DNA of 58,571 bases from a virus (Duplodnaviria; Caudoviricetes), in IMG/VR virus record IMGVR_UViG_3300030060_000055, positions 1-58,571 of that record; one strand, 5' to 3'. The notes under the pieces were generated by a model. That model saw only the letters and a list, made by a program, of their open reading frames with translations, did no database searches and had not been told where the DNA came from. A program made the translations under genes and the position numbers. Positions 40,094 through 47,943 of this stretch are shown here, piece by piece. How positions within the stretch are numbered: position 1 is the first letter of the stretch; each line of letters begins with the position of its first letter.

Positions 40094-41856
40094 AGAAAAG
40101 TATTATATTTATAGGTTTGTTTATTACGCTAGGTTCAATATATATTTATCAACCTGTAGCCTATGAAATATTAAAACTAAAAACCTTTGATGCTTTTGTA
40201 GAAGAGAAAGAACCTTCAGGATATTTTACTGTACTTAATATAACTGAAGATGATATAACTAACGAGGGCGGTTATCCTTTACCAAGACAGAGGTTAAGTG
40301 AGATACAAGCGCAGTTGTTAGAAAATGGTGCTTCTGGTATTGGCTGGGTAATCGCCTTCCCACAGCCAGACAGATTTGGTGGTGATGTAGAGTTTAAACA
40401 ATCTTTAGAGCAGGCTGCGTCCGTGCTGGCAATGTTTGAAGGTAACAATGGCTTATATCCTCCTACTACTGGTACTGTAATATTGGGTGATGATATAGGC
40501 GGGATGCAAATAGAAGGTGTGATCCAGAACATTGATATGTTTAAACAATCAGCAGCGCAGGGTTTGGCTGTAGCCCGGACCGATGTAGATAATCTTATAC
40601 GTAGACTTCCTTTGTTAATGCGTACACCTGATGGATGGACACCAGCTTACGGAACAGAAGTATTAAAGATACTGGCTGGTGCAGATACTTATGTTATTAA
40701 AACAAATGATAATGGATTAGAAGAGATACGAGTTAGAGGTTTGCCACCTGTGCCTGTAGATTCTTTAGGTCGTAAGTGGATTAGTTGGGTTAATACACCG
40801 CAGACAGACTTAGCTACTATGGATGTACAAGATAAGTTTGTGTTTATAGGTTTTACAGCTAAAGGTATTATGCCTCAGTTAGCTACGCCTATAGGATTAT
40901 TAGAACCACATAAAATACAAGCAAGCTTAGCTGAAAGTATACTTATACAAGATAGTCCTTACATACCTGACTACGCTCTAGCACTAGAGATATTATTATT
41001 TATTGCCTCTGTCGTATTTGTTTGGCTTGTATTAAACGTATTTGGTATTACTTTAGGGATATCATCCTTTGTTATAGTTTTTGCTTCTACGGCTTTCTAT
41101 GGCGTTTATACGATACAAAGTGGTATATTAATAGATGTAACTTGGGCATTGATATCACAATTTATTACTGCAAGTGTTGCTTTCTACTTAAGATTTAGAG
41201 AACAATACAAGTTAAGACAACAAATAAAAAAACAATTTGAACATTATCTTGACCCAAGACAGGTAAAAGAATTACAAAAAAATCCTAGCTTGTTAAAGTT
41301 AGGGGGAGAAAAACGATATGCTACCTTTTTATTTACTGATGTTAGGGGATTCACTTCTATGTCAGAGTCTCTTGAACCGGAAGACGTTACCTACATTATG
41401 AATAAAGCTTTGACTGCACAACAAAGTGCGGTGCAAAAACATGGTGGTATGGTAGACAAATATATAGGTGATGCAATGATGGCAATATTTAATGCACCTA
41501 TAGACCAAGACTTCCATGAAAATAAAGCTATAGATTGTGCTGTGGATATACAGCGTAACATGGAAAGTTTAAACGTAGAGTTAGCGGACCGGGGTATCCC
41601 AGCTGTAGCTATTGGTATAGGTATAAACACAGGCTATGCTGTAGTAGGAAACATGGGAAGTGAATCTAGATTTGATTACACAGCTATCGGTGATGCTGTA
41701 AATATAGGAGCAAGACTAGAAAGCGGTACAAAAGAGGCTGGTGTTGATGTGTTAATAGGATATAACACTGCTATAAAAAGTGATTATGAGTTAAGATTAT
41801 TAGAACCTTTACATGTAAAAGGTAAGGAGAAAGCATTAGATGTTTACACACTATAA
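40090..41856 (+). CDS. CHASE2-domain class III adenylate/guanylate cyclase
   Basis: N-terminal TM, CHASE2 (YPLPRQRL, FPQPDRFGGD, DVDNLIRRLPL), three TMs, catalytic FTDVRGFT, DKYIGDAMM, DYTAIGDAVNIGARLE. Confidence 0.93.
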   Translation: MKKSIIFIGLFITLGSIYIYQPVAYEILKLKTFDAFVEEKEPSGYFTVLNITEDDITNEGGYPLPRQRLSEIQAQLLENGASGIGWVIAFPQPDRFGGDVEFKQSLEQAASVLAMFEGNNGLYPPTTGTVILGDDIGGMQIEGVIQNIDMFKQSAAQGLAVARTDVDNLIRRLPLLMRTPDGWTPAYGTEVLKILAGADTYVIKTNDNGLEEIRVRGLPPVPVDSLGRKWISWVNTPQTDLATMDVQDKFVFIGFTAKGIMPQLATPIGLLEPHKIQASLAESILIQDSPYIPDYALALEILLFIASVVFVWLVLNVFGITLGISSFVIVFASTAFYGVYTIQSGILIDVTWALISQFITASVAFYLRFREQYKLRQQIKKQFEHYLDPRQVKELQKNPSLLKLGGEKRYATFLFTDVRGFTSMSESLEPEDVTYIMNKALTAQQSAVQKHGGMVDKYIGDAMMAIFNAPIDQDFHENKAIDCAVDIQRNMESLNVELADRGIPAVAIGIGINTGYAVVGNMGSESRFDYTAIGDAVNIGARLESGTKEAGVDVLIGYNTAIKSDYELRLLEPLHVKGKEKALDVYTL

Positions 41857-41888
41857 AAAATTGGCTGCGCCCGCACGTGGTGGTGAAG

Positions 41889-42290
41889 ATGTTTAAAATA
41901 AGTGTCGGACTTGCAATCGCTCTGGTCTTGTCTGGTATATGGATATGGAGTTTAAACGCAACTATAACGCAGCTTCAGGCAAATCAGATCGTACTAGAAA
42001 CTGAAGTCGCTAAACAGAATGAGCAAATAAAAAAGAATTTGGAACAGCAAGCGCAGACTTATGCGCAGATAGACAGCTTAACAAAGAAGAATCAGGAGTC
42101 TATGCGTGAAGTAAACGCACTCAAGCAGACATTCGCTAAGCATGACTTGGATAATCTTGCCCTAGCAAAACCCAAGATGATACAAACTAGAGTCAATAGA
42201 GCGAGCAAGAGAGTGTTCGATGACCTAGTTAAGATAACTAACCCTACACAATTTGATGAGACAGATGAAGAAACTAGCAATACTGATTAG
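41889..42290 (+). CDS. Inner-membrane spanin (Rz-like)
   Basis: N-terminal TM then long coiled coil; overlaps downstream lipoprotein. Confidence 0.8.
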   Translation: MFKISVGLAIALVLSGIWIWSLNATITQLQANQIVLETEVAKQNEQIKKNLEQQAQTYAQIDSLTKKNQESMREVNALKQTFAKHDLDNLALAKPKMIQTRVNRASKRVFDDLVKITNPTQFDETDEETSNTD

Positions 42291-42615
42291 CTTTTGCCTG
42301 TTGGCAAGTGGATGTTCGTTGATGAGACAGGCAGTCAAGCCTATAGAAGTGGTCAACATAGAGGAAAGACCGCCTATGTTTCACCCTCCATTGCCTATGG
42401 AAATGCAGATGATGGAGTTCGATTGGGAGGTTCTAACGCCTGAAATCATGCAAGAGTACCTCACCCTTGTCGAAGAAGGTAAAGCACCTAGACAGGCTTA
42501 TTATGCGCTTACAACGAAGGATTATGAGAACATCAGCAACAACATGGCTGAGATCAAGAGATACACAAGGGATATCCTTGCCATCGTAGAATACTACAGA
42601 GACTTAGACGAGTAG
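42265..42615 (+). CDS. Outer-membrane spanin lipoprotein (Rz1-like)
   Basis: MKKLAILISFCLLASGC lipobox; Pro-rich segment; YYALTTKDYENISNN. Confidence 0.8.
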   Translation: MKKLAILISFCLLASGCSLMRQAVKPIEVVNIEERPPMFHPPLPMEMQMMEFDWEVLTPEIMQEYLTLVEEGKAPRQAYYALTTKDYENISNNMAEIKRYTRDILAIVEYYRDLDE

Positions 42616-42616
42616 A

Positions 42617-42829
42617 TTACTTTGTTCTCCATATTCTGTAACCATTAGGAGAAGGTTCTTCGGTCTTTCTTACTGTAACTGACCAACCCAAACGTATCAT
42701 TGCATGTCTATATCTTTCAGAATCTTTTTTTGTGTTGACCCATATAGAGTCACCCACTTCCATCTTCTCAATGTCTTTTCTAGTTTCTGACCTTGCTTTT
42801 TGTATTGGTATATCTTTATCTATTTTCAT
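42617..42829 (-). CDS. Small putative DNA-binding protein
   Basis: KIDKDIPI, KMEVGDSI, GYRIWRTK motifs. Confidence 0.65.
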   Translation of the reverse strand: MKIDKDIPIQKARSETRKDIEKMEVGDSIWVNTKKDSERYRHAMIRLGWSVTVRKTEEPSPNGYRIWRTK

Positions 42830-42837
42830 TTGTTTTC

Positions 42838-43452
42838 CTATGTTGCTTTTGCTTTTGGATAAGGCATGATTGGGTAATTAAGATTGGCTTTAGCTTTTTT
42901 TGTAAAAGATTTATCTCCCACAAATATTACATATCTGTGTTTTAAAGACCTTAATCTGTAACCTACATCATCACCATATTCTTCCTCCATTTGTTTGTAA
43001 GTTTTGCCTCTGTATGTAGCATGATGCAGATGTGGTTTCGACTTTAAATAAATTTCTTTAATAGGTTTAGTAATACCTGTGTATAAAAAATTTGTGGCTT
43101 GATACACAATACCTACATGACCTTGTGTTGAGTCTGCATAACTAACAACAATTTTGTTGCCTAACTTCTTTAGAGAATTGCCTACTAAAAAAGATGCTTC
43201 GTTCTTGTTGTTATTTTTTAAAACCAATCTATTCAACTCTATAACATCTTTTTTAAAATGCTCTCCACATACTCCTTTGAGTAGCGTGTGTGATGGTGGT
43301 ATTCCATAACTACATATACCTAATAAATCTTTATCAGAATAAAGACCATAAGCAATTTGTAGTGGTGGCATCCTCTTTGCGTAATGAATATCTAATATAA
43401 AAGGTTTTGTTTCTTCATAAGAAACTTTTTTAATTTCATATTTTTCTTTCAC
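42838..43452 (-). CDS. Mom-like (GNAT fold) DNA modification protein
   Basis: HYAKRMP, IELNRL, NEASFLVGNSLKKL, VSYADSTQGHVGIVYQATNFLYTG, KHRYVIF. Confidence 0.75.
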   Translation of the reverse strand: MKEKYEIKKVSYEETKPFILDIHYAKRMPPLQIAYGLYSDKDLLGICSYGIPPSHTLLKGVCGEHFKKDVIELNRLVLKNNNKNEASFLVGNSLKKLGNKIVVSYADSTQGHVGIVYQATNFLYTGITKPIKEIYLKSKPHLHHATYRGKTYKQMEEEYGDDVGYRLRSLKHRYVIFVGDKSFTKKAKANLNYPIMPYPKAKAT

Positions 43453-43943
43453 TACCTTCCTACTGCTTGCATAAATTCGTTTATATGCTCAGTTAATTTA
43501 GTTTGACCTTCTTTGTTTTCTTTTAAATCTTTACGACTTAAAACACCACAGACATTTCTGATTACCTCAGATGCATATGTCTCATCGTTTTCTTCTGACT
43601 CGTCCACAGAGTACAACTGCATCCATCGTTCAGAGTTTAAACGTACCCAGCTTATGTAGCTGGGGTCACGACATATCAAACATGCTCGTTTAAATGCACG
43701 TTCACCTATGGTTACTTCTTCAGGTATCACAGGGTAATCAGTTTCATCTTCCATCCTGACAATACCCAACATATACCTAGCACCTATCTGACTAACAGAT
43801 AATTCTTGCGTTAATAACTTAGGCACATCATCAGGATGTATAAGGAAAGAAACTACTGTACCCTCCCTTGTCTGCCTGTATGCGTGTTTCTTTGCCTCAA
43901 CACCTTGTAAGGCTTTCTCAAGTACATCTTTACCTACTGTCAT
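43452..43943 (-). CDS. Hypothetical protein
   Basis: 163 aa; FLIHPDDVP, CGVLSRKDL. Confidence 0.7.
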   Translation of the reverse strand: MTVGKDVLEKALQGVEAKKHAYRQTREGTVVSFLIHPDDVPKLLTQELSVSQIGARYMLGIVRMEDETDYPVIPEEVTIGERAFKRACLICRDPSYISWVRLNSERWMQLYSVDESEENDETYASEVIRNVCGVLSRKDLKENKEGQTKLTEHINEFMQAVGR

Positions 43944-43952
43944 ACTGCACTC

Positions 43953-44153
43953 CTAATAATATCTAATTTCAAAGATTATTCTTTCAACAGTCGGCATCCA
44001 TACAAGACCAAGCCATAAGGTGAATAACACCAAGCCTGTAATAAATACCACTTTGATTAAGTTAAACCAACTAGACTGTAAGTAATCTATTGCATCACTT
44101 ATTTTGTTAAACACTCGTTCTCTTTTCTGTATTTTCTTTTTAGGTCTACCCAT
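43953..44153 (-). CDS. Small membrane protein
   Basis: GGAG RBS; one TM helix. Confidence 0.6.
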   Translation of the reverse strand: MGRPKKKIQKRERVFNKISDAIDYLQSSWFNLIKVVFITGLVLFTLWLGLVWMPTVERIIFEIRYY

Positions 44154-44162
44154 TTATTTCTC

Positions 44163-44360
44163 CTACTTATTAATAAATTTTAATATCTCAACATCAGCTA
44201 AGATTGCATTAGCTACTACTAAGATTGCAAAGGACAGTAAGAATATGACAAACAAAACAAAGACTATGATGGCTACACCAACCCATTTCATTTCTTTTTC
44301 TAATTCTTTTTCAAATATCTTTTCTTCAAATTCTTCTTCAAATACTTTTTTCAAAGCCAT
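44163..44360 (-). CDS. Small membrane protein
   Basis: Acidic N-terminus and long hydrophobic helix. Confidence 0.55.
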   Translation of the reverse strand: MALKKVFEEEFEEKIFEKELEKEMKWVGVAIIVFVLFVIFLLSFAILVVANAILADVEILKFINK

Positions 44361-44851
44361 AAGCCTATTTCCAATTCATTAATGTCATGTAACACATCAT
44401 CAGGCAAGAAGTAAGCGTGTCTGTTCGTACCCTGTGGGTCACTCCAATACTTCTTATCCTTGCCATCAGCACCCATAATCCACCCCTTGATATAGAACTC
44501 AGGGGGGTTTGCATATACAAGCACGTAAGGTCTGTCGTCCTTATCGTCATCATGTAGTATCAATCGTTTCTTACTGTGATCTACTGTGCGTACTTGTAAC
44601 TTCTGCACATCATCCGCTTGATAGTCACCAAGCGAACCACTCCACCATAAGCCACCCCACTTGGCAACACAAGCCTCGCCCATAGTGCCATAGATGTTGA
44701 TCGCCCATGCGGTCATGTCTTTAGGCGCACCATACTTAGGTGTACGATTGTCTCGTAGATTCTGTACCATGCGCATAAGTCCTTGTTGTCCGGCAGTTAA
44801 CATTTCAGCCGGTGTTAAAGTAACTTTTATTTCTCGTTGAACTCTTTCCAT
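44351..44851 (-). CDS. Hypothetical protein, possible PD-(D/E)xK nuclease fold
   Basis: GTMGEACVAK, ADDVQKLQVRT, IKGWIMG. Confidence 0.55.
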   Translation of the reverse strand: MERVQREIKVTLTPAEMLTAGQQGLMRMVQNLRDNRTPKYGAPKDMTAWAINIYGTMGEACVAKWGGLWWSGSLGDYQADDVQKLQVRTVDHSKKRLILHDDDKDDRPYVLVYANPPEFYIKGWIMGADGKDKKYWSDPQGTNRHAYFLPDDVLHDINELEIGLWL

Positions 44852-45123
44852 TTTTCATCCACCCACTCCAAAGGGTCTACTCCTTCCATCGCCCACCATC
44901 TACCCTCATTACCATGAGCATGTAGTAAGCGATGATGTTCTTCACAAAGCGGTACTGCAAACTGATCTCCTGTTCGCCTCATTCCACGTGAGCCTTCCAT
45001 GATGTGTGTAAGGTGATGCGCTTGCGAAGGTCTACTACAAATTAAACATCCATGTGATCGCACAAAAGTTAGATACTTCTGTGAACGTATCTTGTCCGCC
45101 CAATCGTTAGAAGGGGATGTCAT
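44827..45123 (-). CDS. DUF968/HNH-like Zn-binding protein
   Basis: RSQKYLTFVRSHGCLIC, AHHL, DQFAVPLCEEHH; start may be 45123 or 45150. Confidence 0.75.
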   Translation of the reverse strand: MTSPSNDWADKIRSQKYLTFVRSHGCLICSRPSQAHHLTHIMEGSRGMRRTGDQFAVPLCEEHHRLLHAHGNEGRWWAMEGVDPLEWVDEKWKEFNEK

Positions 45124-45481
45124 CGTCAGAAGGTTTAAACGATGTGTCACTACCTATAGCGGTGTTTTGTGTACCAGTAGTATTTTGTGATTGATAGCCA
45201 ACATCAGGTGGTTTAGGTGTTCCTTGAAAGTATTTCTTACCTTCTTTAGAAACTTTCTCCCAACTGTTTGCCTCTAAATCTTCACCATTAAGAGTCAACT
45301 TAACTAGGTATGTAGGTCTATTATCACCCTCAACTTTGTTCCTGTTCTTGTATATGCGTAGCTTATGTTCCTCGCCTTTCACACGAAAGAACACGCTCAC
45401 ATCTACTGCGCTATCAGGGTTCTCATTATTAGGAAATATCCTAAGACTATCAGGGTATTCTTTTTCCATATTTTTCTCCAT
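45107..45481 (-). CDS. Single-stranded DNA-binding protein (phage OB-fold type)
   Basis: NRPTYLVKL, WEKVSKEGKKYFQG, acidic C-terminus DDDIPF; next to ERF. Confidence 0.8.
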   Translation of the reverse strand: MEKNMEKEYPDSLRIFPNNENPDSAVDVSVFFRVKGEEHKLRIYKNRNKVEGDNRPTYLVKLTLNGEDLEANSWEKVSKEGKKYFQGTPKPPDVGYQSQNTTGTQNTAIGSDTSFKPSDDDIPF

Positions 45482-45496
45482 TAATTAAACAAGTCA

Positions 45497-45597
45497 TGTA
45501 AGGCGGTAGTTTTGTGAGTAACCGCCTTACACTATCCATTTCTTAACCCAAAGAGGACTAGCCTTTGATGAATTGGGTGGCTGAAAGCACACACCCA
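45497..45597 (-). other. Structured intergenic region (hairpins) in SSB leader
   Basis: Perfect 11-bp stem TGTAAGGCGGT(45497-507)/ACCGCCTTACA(45521-31) plus additional short stems. Confidence 0.6.
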
Positions 45598-45601
45598 TCG
45601 G

Positions 45602-46309
45602 TTAAACTTCATCTTGATCTATGACCTCTCTGATTTTTTTCAACTCGGCAACTGCCTCATCAAACTTTTTCTTATCTTGCCTTTGCAACTGTGCAGTTTT
45701 TTCCGCACTAGCTAACCAAAGTTTTTCTACTTCGATTACAGTATCTTTACCTCTAGCCTCTTCAAGAAGGTTTTCTATAAAGACATGTAAATCCTCTGTG
45801 TTGCTAGGCTCTTTTACTTTGCCACCTTTCTGTACCTGTGGCTCAGCACCTACATGATCTGTGTCTGCTATCTGTCCATCATCGTCTACATCTGTAGCTA
45901 TGTTGAGCATAGAACTCAGCGCATACCTACGCATGTAAGTCAGCGCAGAACCTAAAGCTTGTGCGCCATCACGTTGTTGTCTTAATGGCAACTCACTTTC
46001 CATCCACTCACCACTACTATGTAGTAGTCTTGTGACTAAGGTGTTACCTTTATTACTAACGATTGGTATTTGCACCACAGATAAACCATGCTTGCTAGTT
46101 ATAGGAACTATAACTTTTAATATATCAGCTAGATCAGCGTAACTATACTTGTAGCTTTTGCCATCATGTGTACGCACCTCAACTGTTTTGGTTTTAGGTA
46201 TGGTTGGGAACTCAGACTGCGCCTCCGCTAGTGCCTTTCCTAACTCACCTAATGTTTCACTTGTACGACTAGACGTAATTACACCTGTCGTGTCATCAAT
46301 CATTTCCAT
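45602..46309 (-). CDS. erf: ERF-family single-strand annealing protein
   Basis: YKYSYADL, LLHSSGEWMES, QALGSALTYMRRYAL, DDDG. Confidence 0.93.
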   Translation of the reverse strand: MEMIDDTTGVITSSRTSETLGELGKALAEAQSEFPTIPKTKTVEVRTHDGKSYKYSYADLADILKVIVPITSKHGLSVVQIPIVSNKGNTLVTRLLHSSGEWMESELPLRQQRDGAQALGSALTYMRRYALSSMLNIATDVDDDGQIADTDHVGAEPQVQKGGKVKEPSNTEDLHVFIENLLEEARGKDTVIEVEKLWLASAEKTAQLQRQDKKKFDEAVAELKKIREVIDQDEV

Positions 46310-47147
46310 TTAATTCTCCTTGATATTGGTCACAAAATGCAGACACATCACAGAACTTTGCACAACGAATCGCTTCGCCCTTGCGATGTTCTATGACGTA
46401 ATCTTCGTGTTCCTCAACAAATTCTTGGGCTAATTCCTGTGATTCAAATAGTTTAAACGCTCTCTTACCACCGGATTTCATCACCGCAAACTTGTCAGGT
46501 CTCTTCCATCTTTCCTCGTCTGTACAATCAGGCAAGGTGATAGCAGATAACTGATGTGCCTCCACTTTATCACGCACAAACTGTTCTTGTTCTGCAAAAG
46601 TCCATAGGTCTATGTCAGTAACAGTAACTTCACTTTGTGGATAATCAGGATTTCTTTCAGCCTCAAATGAGGAATGGTCACGAATAATGTTAACAATCTG
46701 TAGTTGGGATACTTCCCTACCATTCTTGCGAGCAAGCCAAGCGTATATATTGAGTTGCTCAACATCACTTCTGCGACCATTCATCACCGCATAAGCCTTA
46801 CGAGTTTTCCAATCCATAATTGTTATGCCTTGAGGGTCTAATCTTTGTACGTCTATTTGACCTGATACTGTCCATCCACAACATTGAGCAAAGTATCTTT
46901 GCTCTAAGATATAACCATCTAGTGTTCCTAATTCTAGGATGTGATGCACCGCCCTTCCAAACAGAGACCACACTTGCTTGGAAACATCGACTACGATTTG
47001 ATCGTCATGTTGATATGCTAGGTGTGCTTGTCTAGGTGGCTTGAGTAGTCCTGTTGCGGATATGTCAGCCTTGCCACGTGAATACGTATCTCGGACGACT
47101 GCTTTCGCAAAAACATCCGGAAGATTATTCACATTGCTATACTTCAT
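46296..47147 (-). CDS. PD-(D/E)xK (RecB/Cas4-like) exonuclease
   Basis: FGRAVHHILE, SGQID, IMDWKT, QLNIYAWL, C-terminal CxxFCxxxxFC. Confidence 0.85.
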   Translation of the reverse strand: MKYSNVNNLPDVFAKAVVRDTYSRGKADISATGLLKPPRQAHLAYQHDDQIVVDVSKQVWSLFGRAVHHILELGTLDGYILEQRYFAQCCGWTVSGQIDVQRLDPQGITIMDWKTRKAYAVMNGRRSDVEQLNIYAWLARKNGREVSQLQIVNIIRDHSSFEAERNPDYPQSEVTVTDIDLWTFAEQEQFVRDKVEAHQLSAITLPDCTDEERWKRPDKFAVMKSGGKRAFKLFESQELAQEFVEEHEDYVIEHRKGEAIRCAKFCDVSAFCDQYQGELNGND

Positions 47148-47165
47148 ATTACACTCTCGCTATCT

Positions 47166-47194
47166 ATTAAATACTAGATTCAATAAGTTGTCAA
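47166..47194 (-). promoter_or_regulatory. Sigma70-type promoter for recombination operon
   Basis: Minus strand TTGACA-17 nt-TTTAAT, ~19 nt upstream of ATG at 47147. Confidence 0.75.
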
Positions 47195-47218
47195 ACATTT
47201 GTGTAAATTTGTGCAGAT

Positions 47219-47261
47219 TAAGGGGAAAAGTATTTAACGCTATCGAGACCTTTTCCCCTTA
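47219..47261. repeat. Perfect 12-bp inverted repeat
   Basis: TAAGGGGAAAAG (47219-30) / CTTTTCCCCTTA (47250-61). Confidence 0.8.
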
Positions 47262-47655
47262 TAACTGGAGTGATAAACCATGAATAAATTTATCAACGTA
47301 AAAATTTTTTAAAAAAAAACTTGCACGCAAAATACATTCTATAGTATTTTGTAAATAGAACAAGTGGAGGGGTAAGACCATAGCATTTGTTCATTGATGG
47401 TTACTATGGGATGCATACATAGCCAAATGCGAGACCGAAAGTGTGAACGCAGTATGCCTTAAAGCACTAGATTTAAGTAAGTAGCACACGAATCAGACAT
47501 TGAGTGCAGTAGTCTGATGCCAATGGCGATGTCCGAGAAGATTAGCATGGCGTAATGTCTACTCTTTGTTTACACACAAGGATGTTAGACCTATGCCATA
47601 ACTCAATCCTCAAAGAATAGCATGAGAGTAAGTCCATAAAAAACTGGAGAAAAAT

Positions 47656-47943
47656 ATGGAAAATGAATATGCCTTTGAAGGTGTTGTAATCAGGCTGACT
47701 CAAGCTGACTATGACAAATGGCTTAAAACCTTCACAAACATACCTAACTTAGATGCAGTCCTGATGTCACGTGACGTGTGGTTATCAGAGGAGGCTGACG
47801 ATAAATCAAGAAAGAAATGGTATATGTCCACAGTAAATTATCTTGTCAATGTGGATGCAAGATTCAAAGACAAGAATAAAAAGGACGAGCAAGGACGTAG
47901 GCTCGGTGAAGATGGCAAACATATATTTAAGAGGATGCCATGA
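47656..47943 (+). CDS. Small replication-associated protein
   Basis: GGAG RBS; ATGA-coupled to primase-helicase. Confidence 0.65.
   Translation: MENEYAFEGVVIRLTQADYDKWLKTFTNIPNLDAVLMSRDVWLSEEADDKSRKKWYMSTVNYLVNVDARFKDKNKKDEQGRRLGEDGKHIFKRMP

Noticed and set aside
36608-41856. Cassette as host contamination or chimeric assembly
   Set aside because: First gene overlaps the endolysin stop, genes are tightly coupled, composition is similar to flanks and the genome-wide GTTTAAAC motif is present; read mapping would still be the definitive test
117-42280. Many short - strand ORFs in the late region
   Set aside because: Antisense shadows of well-supported + strand genes, without RBS or recognisable motifs
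45482-45601. Possible tRNA in structured intergenic regions (also 47330-47650 and 58140-58260)
   Set aside because: No cloverleaf with T-loop GTTCRA and acceptor stem could be built by eye
46296-47147. Cas4-like nuclease as evidence of a CRISPR system
   Set aside because: No other cas genes or array; it sits with ERF and SSB as a recombination exonuclease
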